Assembly: GCA_030704615.1 (NCBI GenBank) | Contig: CM060731.1 | Span: 63,612,001-63,676,000, forward strand | Source: Takakia lepidozioides | Taxonomy: Eukaryota; Plantae; Bryophyta | Direction: 5' to 3' | DNA length: 64,000 bases | Part shown: positions 26,160 through 39,100 of the stretch, piece by piece | How positions within the stretch are numbered: position 1 is the stretch's first letter | How the letters are laid out: the number at the start of each line of letters is the position of its first letter | Made by a program: the position numbers and the translations under genes | The notes under the pieces: model-generated | The model's database searches: none | Told to the model about the DNA's origin: nothing | The model's input: only the letters and a program-made list of their open reading frames with translations

Positions 26160-29100
26160 ATGTCAAATCAACAGAGCATGATCAGCTCTAAAGGCTTCTG
26201 GTGGACTTACATAACTCTTTGTGTATGGATCGTTTGTTTTCCGCTGCCAAGTTCTTTGGTGGAAGCCAGCTTGGTCACTGCCGAACGACGCGCCCTTCAG
26301 GACATTCAGTTGGTGTTGCAGTTGAATTCGTCGGCTGTAGGATGGAATGCCACGGCCGACCCATGCACGTGGCCAGGGATAACCTGTGACGTCAAGGGAA
26401 ACCATGTCCTGAAAATCAAACTGGAGTTATTTGCAGATAGTAGTCCGATGCGAGGAGCGGTGCCTGCATCTCTCGCAAATTTGAGCTCTCTAGAGAGTAT
26501 TGATCTCGCTAACAATTTCTTAGGTGGTAATATACCATCAGAACTTGGCACCTTGAGCAGGTTACAGTATCTGAGCGTAGGAAACAACAATATTACTGGA
26601 GAAATACCACCAGAGCTTGGACGCTTAAAGTCCCTCCTGACACTTTACCTCGACGTCAACCTGCTGGAGGGTGGCATTCCACCTACCTTTGCAAACTTGA
26701 CCAGCCTTCAGCAACTTCACTTGTCAACCAACAATTTGTCGGGGCTCATACCTTCAGAGTTGGGTAGTCTAACCCTTCTCCAGGAGCTGCACCTTGACGA
26801 CAATGGCTTCAGTGGCACCATCCCCAGCACATTCCGGAATCTCACCAATTTAACGAGCTTGATGCTTGACAACAACAATCTTGGCGGTGGGCTAGCTATT
26901 TTGGAGGCAATGCCTGCACTTACTGAATTGTACTTGGCAAGGAACAACTTCTCAGGCCAGATACCACAGTTTGGCACCAACAATCCCAACTTGGGAACTC
27001 TATCACTGTGCTTCAATAACCTTTCAGGAACCATCCCTGTATCTCTTGGAAATCTTTCCAAACTCAAGGTTCTGTCTCTAAGTCACAATAGCTTGAGTGG
27101 TGTCATCCCCGATAGTATTCAAGGTGCTAATCTCTCTAACCTGAACATACTGGATGTCTCTCACAATTCTCTATCAGGATCTCTAAATTTCACCAAATCA
27201 TCTTGGAACACCACGAACTTGGAGTCGGATTTCTCCTTCAATTGTTTCGGCTCTGGCGCAAATGATCTTGCTTCGAGCCTGCGCAAAGGAAACAACACCC
27301 TCTTCAACTCATGCTCTCAGTCTTCAACAGGGCATAATTCCCAGTTTGCAATCAATGTCGGTGGTTACAGCTCTGTCACAAATAACGATAGAGTTACATT
27401 CCAGCCGGATTTATCGTTTGATACATGTACCGGTCTGATGGTTAATCCATCTAACACCTGGGCCTTGCAAGTTCTTAGCGACAAAACAGAGTATCCAAGC
27501 ACCATCGCGGGCACTGGAACAGCAATTTCAAACGTTTCTGCGGATGAAATGGAGATCTACCAATCCATGCGATGGGCTCCAGTCTACATGGCTTACTATG
27601 GCATCAACATGCGAAGCGGATTGTATAATGTCAGTCTCTACTTTGCAGAGATTGTCTTCACGCTTCCAGGCTACCGGGTTTTTGATGTGATGGTACAAGG
27701 AAAGATCGTTCGTTCAAAACTAGATGTGGTAAAAGAAGTAGGAAGCAATGTAGCTTTCAGAGAGGTCGTGCAGGTGGATGTCACAGATGGCCTCTTGAAA
27801 ATTGAGTTTCTCTATGTCGGTCTAAATCGCTGGTTACAAACTTATGGATTGAGTGCAAATCAGACGGGGCCAATGGTGTCAGGTATCTCTGTACAGCTGG
27901 TGCATCCACGAAAAACAAAATGGAAGTACATCGGAGCAACTCTGGGGGCTGTTGCTGTTCTTGCCGCTTTGTCGCTGCTAGTGCTTTATATCTGGAAGAG
28001 AAACTGTCACAAAGGATCCGAATTCGGTGGTGTACAAGCGGACGGTATCTTTTCAGATGACTTCAACCGGTCTGCTTTCTACTCTTATAAGGAGCTCCAG
28101 GATGCTACTGATCATTTCAATGACGCCAACATCATTGGCCGAGGAGGATTTGGTACGGTATATCGAGGGGTGCTAAGAGACAAATCTGTCGTAGCCATCA
28201 AGCAACTCACCCAAAAGTGCCATAAAAGCAAAGTCTCCTTCAAGAGGGAGATGACAATCCTTAGCTCTGTGCAACATCGCAACTTGCTCATGTTACGGGG
28301 TTGCTGCATTGATACCGAGTTCCCTCTTTTGGTGTGCGAATACATGCCCAATGGAAGCTTGTCAGACCTTTTGCATAGGAATGAAGGGCATGTGCTGGAA
28401 TGGGAATCGCGTCGCAACATCGCCATTGGCACAGCGTGTGGCCTGGCATATTTGCATCATGAGTTGAAGCACCGCATTATTCATTGTGATATGAAGCCCG
28501 CAAACATCCTCCTGGATGCGAACAACAATCCACGCATTGCTGATTTCGGTCTTTCAAGGCTTGTGTGCGATGACATGGTTTCGCACATCTCCACAACTAA
28601 CATACAGGGGACGGTGGGCTATCTCGCACCAGGTAGAGCCTCACATAGTGGCTTAGACCGTTTTCGCTGTTTGCTACAACATGTCACGAGCAGCTCTAGA
28701 TCAGTGTCATTGTATGTTTTTCAAAGCTTACCAGCACAGATGATCAAATGTTGTATTAAATGGATCTAGGGATGCTTGAAAGGCACTTGCCGCTGACTAC
28801 AAGACTTCCAGACTTGGGACAAGACTTCGAGCTATTGTACTTGCTATGAGAGAGACCTGTATGATGAATTCTACAATGGTGGAACTCATTTCTAAAGGTC
28901 GGACTAAAATCAGTTTTGTCATTGATCTCGGTTTGTTAAACTTGTTCCAGAGTATGTGAGTCGTTCACAAATATCCGAGAAGATTGACGTGTTCAGTTTC
29001 GGAGTTGTGCTGTTCGAACTCTTGAGCGGTCGGAAAGTTCTAGACTTTTCACTTCCATCGGAACAAATTGTGATGCTGAATTGGGCGAATCAAGTGGGTG

Positions 29101-29747
29101 ACGAGCCTGATGATCTACTCAAGCTTGTGGATCCGAAGCTACTCGGTGAGATGGTGGAGAAGGAGGCCTTGGAGATGGCCAAAGTGGCTAGACTGTGCAC
29201 ACAAGATTCTGCCTCTCTGCGACCTACAATGCGCGAGGTGTGGCAAATGCTAAGTGGATCTGCAAACATTCCAGCGAAGCTCCCCTCAGTGAAGTATTAC
29301 TCCTTTCGATCAGCTTCCAGCACTCTTGCATCTTGTATTGGCAGTATGGAGTCACAGGAACCAGATACATTGGAGTTGTCGCTTACTCAGCTACCAGATC
29401 AGCCGTTCCGATTCTCACGACCTTCAACATCACGCCGACGCTCTCGAGACGATGGGCCTCCAATGCGACGCGTACGTCCTCGTCTGAACCCCGAACGACG
29501 GCAAAGGGAGCTTACTCGAAGTTTGATAATTATGTTGGAGGTTGAAGCATCGGACCCAGATGGCAACGAAATCATGTTTGAAGGCAGCTTCGAAAATCAG
29601 AATACTCAAATCACTGCGTGGTCCCAAGTTCAAGGTGTTGGACAATATCGATGGTTGCCGGGACCTATAAATCATTTGAGTCAAGAACGAAGAGCCGAAT
29701 ACTTGGCAAGTACCATTCGCCGGATTTTGGATTTTCTCCAACTCTAA
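26160..29747 (+). CDS. LRR-malectin receptor-like kinase, non-RD
   Basis: Exon 1 26160-28632, intron 28633-28950 (GT..AG), exon 2 28951-29747; signal peptide, LRRNT (DPCTWPGITC), ~10 LRRs, malectin (INVGG, YFAEI, RVFDV), TM, kinase GRGGFG, AIK, HCDMKPAN, DFG, GTVGYLAPEY, DVFSFG. Confidence 0.95.
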
Positions 29748-29796
29748 GCAAGTCCAAGATTTTACCGCTCCTCGAGGAATGCTAGAGGAGGATCGA

Positions 29797-30368
29797 TGTC
29801 ACGGACATAGCCCAGAAGAACTTACCACGAGTAAATACCAAAAGTTACCAAATTACCATGTTATCAAAAATTACCATGACTTACCATGATTTATCATAAT
29901 TTACCATTATTTACCAAGTTACCGAGAGTTTACCAAATTACCAGGAGTAACTTGGGAAACTTCTCCATCAAGATACTTCCTTTGTTTAAGGAAGCTTTTC
30001 CATCAAGAAAATCTTAACAAGTTCTCCAGCAAGAAACCTCCATAGGAGAAGCTTCTTAGGGAAACTTCTTAGTAGCCAATATATATAGGAGGCGAGACTG
30101 GACACTCTTCAGTCTCGCCAACACCAGTTCAAGCTACTCTTGTTTCCAGTTCCCAATACTCTAGCCCAGTTTCCAGTATCTGGTACTCCAGTCCAGTTTC
30201 CAGCATTTCAGTATTCAAGTCGTGTTCCAATATCTTGTACTCTTGTTCATTGTTTTGATTCATATTTACTCATCGTGTATACGGCCACGCCGACCTTGAC
30301 TTCTTGTCTAGTCTTGTATTTCTAGTCTGGTCTCTTGTTTGTGTTCAGACATGTTCCCGTCGTTGACA
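29797..30368 (+). repeat. Chromovirus LTR (probably a 3' LTR)
   Basis: Homologous to 10328-10891; preceded by purine-rich AGAGGAGGA; no matching TSD. Confidence 0.88.
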
Positions 30369-30640
30369 GGCGGGGTATAAGTGGTTGACAGACAGTTTAG
30401 GGTGTGTGTAGGGACAGTGGATAACGGTTTGGAGAGAAAATGAGTAAAGTGGACAGAGAGGTGTTGATAAGTATGTACGATGGATATGGTATTATGTTGG
30501 AAATATAGAGCGTATCGTTCTTGGTCTGCACGAAGTTGGCTAATGATATCGCCGATATTAGCTATATTGGGTCCAAAATTTGGGTGGATATCCCCATACC
30601 TGAGTAGCGTGATTGTTATGCATATATGTTATATGTTACC
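30369..30640 (-). mobile_element. Probable LINE fragment with degenerate 2A-like motif
   Basis: Minus-strand frame LLRYGDIHPNFGP (30607-30569) stays open up to the LTR; C/A-rich like the LINE at 36-40 kb. Confidence 0.4.
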
Positions 30641-32123
30641 TATGTTACATAAGAATGCAATATAAATACCAACAATCAGTATCTACACTACAAGATACCT
30701 AGCTCGGGTTCACGGATTGCAAGAAGGCGACTAACGATGGGGCTACTTTTGCACCCGACCTCTTGATCTATTGAGTTTGAGTACAATAAGAACAATGGTA
30801 TGGGACCTAGTGAGGCTGAGGCTACTATCGCATCTGGTAGTTATCTGGAGTTAAAAAAACCTAACCACTACCTAAGCAGGCGAATGTGATGGACATTAGA
30901 TGTGTCTTTGTATATGTTGTGCAGATTGGACATCGATGTAGTTGTGTAGCGATCTGTATGTGCACGACAACTGTCAAACTATTTAAATATTAGTTTAAAA
31001 CTAACTACATAAATTTACTTAATATGTTTAACACTTTGACCTGGCCAAGTGACAAAAAGAGGTGCCAAGATTACCTTGACACCTGCACGTACTTATCTCC
31101 ACGCTTGTTGTGTGAGGCTTATCTCTCTTGAATTAAGCCTCACAACGGCGAGCTTGCAGCAGATGTGTGTGAATGTGCCGTAGCAACGTGAAGTCCATAT
31201 GGCTTAGGGTGCGCTAGGCTTTACTTATGTTTATAAGTGATAGGTTATATGATGGATTTGAGTACTTATCATTGTGATGGACATTATGTATGTCTTTTGT
31301 ATGTGTTGTGTGGATTGGACAACGATGTAGTTGTGTAGCGATATGTATGTGCACGCTTTGGCGAGAAAAACAAACACAACATGTCTATGTTGTGGATTAA
31401 TGTTGTGAAACTGAAGCTTCGAATTTTTATTTTTCAATGACACTCACAGATAATTTCTTCAATCTCCAACGATGATGACCAAAGATCATATAATCCTCTG
31501 ACAATTGGGAATGCCCAAAGTCCAAATGGAGCTCAATTTGTCATCTGTCCTTTTGTGATATAAAATTCTCAAGGATTTCTGTCTTCTTGATTTCAAAGCA
31601 TGAAAGTCCCATGCATTCATATACCTATGGTTTAATAAATCGTAAAATAATTTATTCTCCCTTAGTTACAGAGTGAAGTGGCTCTTAATAACACTTATTT
31701 TGGCCTAAGTCTTCTCTATTTCATTGCAAAATTATTTTGTAGCATATAACCAACAAAAAATGGGGATTAATTGATTTTCAAATAATAACACCATTACTAC
31801 AAAAGTATCATAGTGTGAATGCTCATAGAGACTCCCAAACTGGGCATAGTATCTGCATGAGGCTGAAAATGGTCTGTAATCATAAATTACAAAATCATAA
31901 ATTAGGTTTTCCATGCTTATGTCATCTCTGTTCTTTCATGGAGAGTGCAATGTGTAGCGTGACTTTCATCTCCAAACAAATGTTATATCCCATACCAGCT
32001 ATTACAATTCTACTAACGAATCAACCATGGGTTCCATGAAGCCAAAGTCGTTATATATCCATACGAAAGAGATGGCGCATTGGTGACTAAATCATACCTC
32101 AAACATAAGAGGGTAGAAGCTTT

Positions 32124-32500
32124 TTAGAATCCATAGGACACTAGGAGTCTAGAGGAGCAACGGTACCGTGGGTACCTGGGGTACCTAGGGTACCTTAGGT
32201 ACCCCGGGAGCCAGAGGAGGATTACATTCAAGTTTACGTTTGTTAGTAAGAATGGTTGTGAGGGAGCGGAGGGCTGTGAGGTGTATTGCTTTGAAACATT
32301 GGAGAGGATAGGGAGTTTAAAGTTAGTGTGTATTGCATCAATACTGGCGTTATGAATGCCGCCTCGAGTGCCAGCCGTGATAACCGTCAAAGGACCAGTG
32401 ACCCAGCCCTTATGTCGAAGCGCAAAGATAAGTGGCGCGTATTTAAGCTGTTCGTCTAGCGTTGAATCAGCGGGGTATCGATCATTCAATAAACTCCCCC
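32124..32500 (-). mobile_element. 3' end of a Dualen/RandI-like LINE (second copy)
   Basis: DRYP...KYAPLIFALRHKGW..GPLTVITAGTRGG matches the C-terminus of the element at 40485-40750. Confidence 0.75.
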
Positions 32501-32635
32501 CCACCCACCGCCCCAACCCTAAACCTTACCATCTACTTTATTGAATTCACATACTGCCCGACGCCCCATCCTTCTCTCCATTATAGAATGCAATATATAC
32601 GCATTCACCACTGTGGTATCCAGAAGAAAAAAAAC

Positions 32636-32906
32636 TCCAAGATTAAACAAATGTTTCTTTGATGGAGAAACTTCCTTAAGCAAATGAGGTATCTTGATGT
32701 AGAAGTTTCCTACAAATAAAGCTTCTTGAGCAGTTTCCCAAGTTACTCTTGGTAATTTGGTAAACTCCCGGTAACTTGATAAATAATGGTAAATCATGGT
32801 AGATCATGGTAAATCACGATAAATCATGGTAACTTTCGGTAACATGGTAATTTGGTAACTTCTGGTATTTACTCCTGATAAGTTCTTCTGGGATATGTCC
32901 GTGACA
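32636..32906 (-). repeat. 5' half of chromovirus LTR
   Basis: Reverse complement of the LTR start (ends ...ATGTCCGTGACA). Confidence 0.85.
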
Positions 32907-34500
32907 CTATCCGCTCTGCCAGCAAAAACACGTTTGCTAAGATGGGTTGGTCCACTTGTAGGAGAGTTGCATCCCGCACCCTTCTCCTCAGCTCCTTGTC
33001 CAGTATCCCATACCAGAATTGGACGGCTTGAGCTTCCGTAACACCTTGGTTTATATTTATCAATCGTCTCATGCGCGTGTAAGCCTCCCTCAAACTCTCA
33101 GTAGGCTTGCGCTGGAACTCTTGTAAGCTCCGCAATTTCTCTGTCCTTATCCCATGGGAGTTTCTCCTCAACTCCTCGAAGAACTCCACAACTGGGTTAA
33201 AGGCAGGCACGGGTGATGGTGCTGCAGCAGGAGCTTGAGTAGATTTCTCAGCTCCATCTTTACTTGTCCCACTACTAGTGCTTGCAGTTAGGGATGTTGT
33301 TGTAGCTGCTGGTGTCACCGTTGCCCTTGTGCCTCTAGTGATGGAGATATAGTCAGGTGACCAATATTGTCGTCAGTCCTCAATCTCCACCTCATTTCCC
33401 CGCCTAAACTTATGGTAGTCATCTATGTCAGGGACGAGAACATGACTGAACACAAACAAAAGATCAGACTACAAGACTATACAAGAAGTTAAGGTCGGCG
33501 TGGCCGAATGCACGATGAAGACGATCTTTATAACAATGAACAAGAGTACAAGATATTGGAACACGACTTGAATACTGGAATGCTGGAAACTGGACTGGAG
33601 TACCAGATACTGGAAACTGGGCTAGAGTACTGGGAACTGGACTGGAGTACTGGAAACTGGAAACAAGAGTAGCTTGAACTAGTGTTGGCGAGACTGAAGA
33701 GTGTCAAGTCTCGTCTCCTATATATATTGGCTACTAAGAAGATTCCCTATGAAGCTTTCCCCTATGGAGGTTTATTGCTGAAGAAGTTTCCAAGATTAAA
33801 CAAAGGTTTCTTAACGGAGAAACTTTCTTAAATAAAGGAGGTATCTTGATGGAGAAGTTTCCTCCAAATAAAGCTTCCTGAGCAGTTTCCCAAGTTACTC
33901 TTGGTAATTTGGTAAACTCCTGGTAACTTGGTAAGTAATGATAAATAATGGTAAATCATGGTAAATCATGATAACTTCTGGTAACTTGGTAACTTCTGGT
34001 ATTTACTCCTGGTAAGTTTTTCTGGGCTATGTCCGTGACAATCCATAGGCGGCCCCTCAATGTGCTGAAACAGCTCCTTCCACGCCATAAAAGGCGTAAA
34101 CAGTTGTGGATTACGCATTTGCTGCAAATCACACCAACTATCAAACTCTTGTATGAAATCATCAAGCTCGATGGTGCCCACAGCTCCCGAGTACCGACGT
34201 GGCTCCTTGGTAGCTCCATACATTTCCTCCATCGTATCCCACAACAATGGCACAGAAATGGCTTGCACCCTCGGCGAGAATCCTCCTAACTCTGAGTCTG
34301 AACCTTCCTCAGAAGACAGTGAAGGTGAAGGTGGCCTAAACCGCACACCTTGTCTTGTATACCTACTAGTATCGCTAGTGCTTGTACCGACATTATCCTC
34401 AGCAACTGGTGGCACCTTCGTGATGAAAACTCACACTCAAACCGGCTATCAACTTGTGTCTAAGCCCCATTTCCATAAGGTAACCGGGTAGAGAACCCGT
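32907..34500 (-). pseudogene. Gypsy gag of a third family, interrupted by a solo LTR
   Basis: YSGAVGTIELDDFIQEFDSWCD...EGPPMD continues after the LTR into ...EFQRKPTESLREAYTRMRRL (retrotransposon gag Q...E....Y..R motif). Confidence 0.75.
33426..34040 (-). repeat. Solo LTR of chromovirus family
   Basis: Full LTR TGTCA..TGACA; 5-bp TSD ATCTA/ATCCA (one mismatch). Confidence 0.9.
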
Positions 34501-35189
34501 TGCAGCTTATGGTTTGGAATAATACGTTCATATTCTGAACCTGCACCTGCACCTGCATCCACCGCAGGCATTCCTATGGTCTGCTGGTCATCAACCCAGC
34601 CTCACCATAAGAGAAACAATGATGGTCTATTGGTCATCACCCCAGCCTCACCACCGACAGCACGCTCTAGGATTGGTCGGCCACAATATTTCCGGCACAA
34701 CCACCTATAAAAGAAAACGCCCAAACCAAACTAGCATGGCGCACAATCAAGCATGCATGTGTGGGAGGAGGATCCAAACACATGAAACTCAAACAACAAC
34801 ACCTCCACACCTTAAATCAATCGATCTCCTTGCGGTTCCAATAAACCTACAAGATAGCCAAGTCTTTATCCAAACTAGTTCTGCCTCCACTTACGGAAAA
34901 GTTTTGGCCTACAAGAATGATGGAAGACTATAGAGAAGAGAAGCTAAAGCAATTTCCAAGCCCAGAATGCTCTCATCTCATTACTCCTCCTGTCTTCACT
35001 CACTCTTGCTTGAGCAATAAACAAGACTATCCTTAAATAACCTCTCAAATAACTCTCAAGAGCCCTCAAATTATTGCCATGAACTTCTGAAATCTGCCCG
35101 CAATCAGCTCCTAACATAGACCCACTGAGGTTCAAGAAGTTCGCAAACTTGGACTCTAAACAGTGCACTAAAAGGCCCTAGGCGCCTGC

Positions 35190-36100
35190 CAATTAGTGGC
35201 CTCCAAGGTCTCCAACCAGCCCTCACAAAGGCTCCACAAGCCTACCCAATGTGGCCTCCGAGGACCTCCAATAGTCTTCCAAACAGCCCTTAAGAAGCTC
35301 CACAAATCTGCCAAGTATTGGCCTCCAATGACCTCCAACAGTCCTCCAACAGCCCTTAAGAAACTCCACAAATCTGCCAAGTATTGGCCTCCAAAGACCT
35401 CCAACAGTCCAACAGTCCTCCAACAGCCCTTAAGAAACTCCACAAATCTGCCAAGTATTGGCCTCCAAGGACCTCCAACAGTCCTCCAACAGCCCTTAAG
35501 AAGCTCCACAAATCTGCCAAGTATTGGCCTCCAAGGACCTCCAACAGTCCTCCAACAGCCCTTAAGAAGCTTCTCAAATCTGCAAAGTATTTGCCTCCAA
35601 GGACCTCCGATCGTCCTCCAACCAGCCCTCACAAGGCTCCATAGGCCTGCCAAACATTGGCCTCAAAGGACCCCAAATAGTCCTTCAAACAGCCCCAAAC
35701 AGGCTCAAACAGCCTGCAAGATATTGGCTTCAATAGACCCCAAATAGTCCTCAAACAAGCCCCAATACCTAATAGATATTGGCCTCAATAGACCCCAAAT
35801 AATCCTCAAATAGGCCCCAATACCTGTTAGATATTGGCCTTAATAGACCCCAAATAGTCCTCAAACAAGCCCCTAGAAGGCTCCAAGAATATCCACAGTA
35901 AGTCGATTTTTCATCCGTCAATGACCAAATTTCATCCAAAACCGCGATTTCTCATCCGCAGGTCCGATTTCATCTGCCGCGATAGTTCATCCACGCAGTT
36001 TCATCCATCTTCACAATTTTTCATCCGATAGTGCGATAGTTCATCCGCTGATGAGATTTCATCCATTGGCGCAGTTTCATCCACTACAACCGATTCTCAT
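35190..36100. repeat. Tandem repeats: 66-bp unit, 55-bp unit, and TTCATCC-rich ~21-bp unit
   Basis: CCCTTAAG at 35287, 35353, 35427, 35493, 35559; GATATTGGC at 35720, 35775, 35830; TTCATCC repeats 35909-36100. Confidence 0.9.
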
Positions 36101-36103
36101 CCA

Positions 36104-39100
36104 ATGCCACTCTCTTATACCCCAGACAACCCACAAGACAACCTTATCGACCAACCCTTAATATGCCTTACATGGAATGTGGGATCCATTGCCTCCAGCT
36201 TGCCAACCCTTTCACTTATTCTTCAAAACTCAAACCCTCCCCATGTTATTCTACTCCAAGAAACCAAACTCAACTCGCATTCGCCCAACACATATATCAA
36301 CAGAATACTGCTTGACCACCACATCATCTATGGGAGCCCCCCATCGCCAGGAAAATATAATAGACGACGCTTACTACCATATCAGTAGGCTCATGGAGGC
36401 CTAGCCATTGGTATACACAAATCCATGCATTCACGAGAAACAACTACAAATGCCCACATCCCCACGCACCTTAAAACTCACCTCCAAATTGTTGAGATTC
36501 ACATGAGCCCTTATCCAAAACTACTTATCATTCATTTATATATGCCCTCACACCCGGACGATATAGCCCTTACCCCCGATATTCTACAACAAATTGTGGG
36601 CTTTGCTAACAATCCACTCCATTCTTTATCCACAATCCTCCTTGCAGGTGACTTCAACAGAGACTTATCTATGCTGGGCAAATTACATGACGGTGTACAC
36701 TTCCCTCCCTCTCCAAAAGACATACAATGGACAACCTTTACCCAAACGCATGGATTCCAATACATCACTACAAACCGGGCTTTCTCTAGGCAAGGAGGAC
36801 TAAACTATACCTCGCATAGCCTCATTGATGGGTACTACCTCAAAAATGCCTGGAAATAATCCTACACAGCTGTACAGTACAATCCTGTATGATCCCATAT
36901 ATAACTCTGACCATTACTCAGTTATTCTCCGCATCCCCGCGCATATAGTACCTATAGGTCCAGTCCTAAATGGCCCCTCGCTAGACACACGGCCACGTAT
37001 TCCCACCCCTATTCCCCCCCCCTCTATTCTGGCATTCCAAGCCAAGTTTCGATCCATTTCCGGTACAGTTATATCTGATTTTGAAACAATACTAGATCGA
37101 TATTCAGCAAACCCCACCCTTCAAATTTGGGAAGACGCAAGCTCCAAGCTAGAACAAATATTAACTCAAATTACAGAATCCACGCTACATACATGCACAA
37201 AGTTCCCCGATCCAGTACAAACTGAACGATAAAAAATAAACGGATGATACTTGACAAGAACACAACAGAGAAAATGGCAAGCACAATTAATAATCCACCA
37301 CAAAATCTGCAAAGCTATTACAATCCTCTCATCTGACCCACGAGACCCCCAATGGAGAAATACCCCATCTATTATAGACCTAAACACAATAGTAGCTTGC
37401 AGCACAGATTTCCCGATACCCCAGAATGATGCAGACATACATACATGGCTCATATCTCTCTCCCGAATTGGTCGAGATGCAAAGAAAAACGCTTACAATA
37501 TCACCAAACAACAATCCAAAGACAACCAAAAGAAATTTGTTCAATCATACTGTAAGACAAGCCTCGCCTCATACATAAATCAATCTTCAACCCTTCCCCA
37601 TCTCTTCCTTTGGATGCGATACAAAACAACGCATGAACTCTACACACCTCTCCAGCCTCTATAAATAAAATCGTCTTCCAGTAAGCTAAGACCACATACC
37701 AACCACAAGCACATGCATGTTTCCAGCCATCGCATCACATACTGTGCATGCCAAGCCAGACATTATCATTGGCATGATATAGATGGATTTAAACTCGAGC
37801 GAGGGGGACAACTCGACATAAGTGCTTACCTCACCCCAGAGGTCTACCATTCATGCCTCAAATCTCTCTCCAACTCCAAAGCGCAAGGCCAGACAACATA
37901 CCTAATGAAATACTCAAGGCATTGGACCCACACTTCCATCGATTAATTCATCGCTTCTTTGTGATGTGCTATCAGCTCCATAGAATTCCCAAAGGCTGGA
38001 AAAACAGTCATACAATACTAATTTACAAAAAAGATGACCCTACCCAATTAGGCAACTACAGACCTATAGCTCTTACTAACACCCTTTACAAGCTATTTAC
38101 TAGCACATTGACCACCCTTCACACATCCTTCGGAAAACAACATCATATTCTTAGTGACTCGCAAGAGGGATTTCAAACTGCCAGAAGCACAAGCCGGCAA
38201 ATCCAACTCATTATTTCGGCCTTAGAATATGCACGTTTTACTCAACAAGACATATTTTTGCTATACATTGACTTTTAAAATGCATTTAGCTCAATTGACC
38301 ATGCGCGTCTACTAGCCGTCACGACTGATCTAGGATACCCGCAAGACGTAGTCATGCTCATTGGCAATATTTATACTGAAGCCACCACCACATACTCCGG
38401 GCCTTCATTTGGCAATACATCACCTATACCAATTCACAGAGGTACCATACAAGGGGACACACTTAGCCCATATTTTTTTATTGTCTTTCTAGAACCCACA
38501 TGACTTAGTTTTGCTAATTTTTGGGACAGATGTAGGTGCACATCTTGTGCACTCGGGGCAACTTCACATGGCTCGCTCAAGATAACATAGGATACCAATA
38601 CATTACGTCTCCCAATAACATCCCACAACAACAAACAAACTTTCACTTGCACACTCCCACTCGACCCTCCCCGCACTCCTTCTAGACTTCCTCACCACGG
38701 AGCTGCAACTCACTCACTCATACTACTCTAACCCTCTCACATGCCCGTTGGGTTTATCTACTTACTTGAGCTTACACAACATTGATCAACACTTTGGATC
38801 CCTGGGGGCTGCAAGGTCCCACCAATGGCAAGGGCGAGGGTTTGCACACCCCCCTAATGCCGCCTCTGCCAGTGAAGCGCTTCATTGGGCGCGCATTGCT
38901 GCACATATGTCACCAAAATCATTCACCATCTTATTTATTCCTAATACTAACCATACCAACTCTAAAGACCCAATACTAACCGACCCCCCTGAAGTATTCA
39001 CGTTACCTACATTTGAGCCTCGCTCAATCATTTATCAACCCCCACCACCGTGGCCCAATTACATGAAATATCCAGAACCGTTATTAATTAAACTGGTATG

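Noticed and set aside
28633-28769. RLK ORF continuing to 28769
   Set aside because: Read-through into the intron; the kinase resumes at 28951.
35168-35747. Repetitive ORFs on both strands
   Set aside because: By-products of the 66-bp tandem repeat upstream of a gypsy gag; no domain signature.
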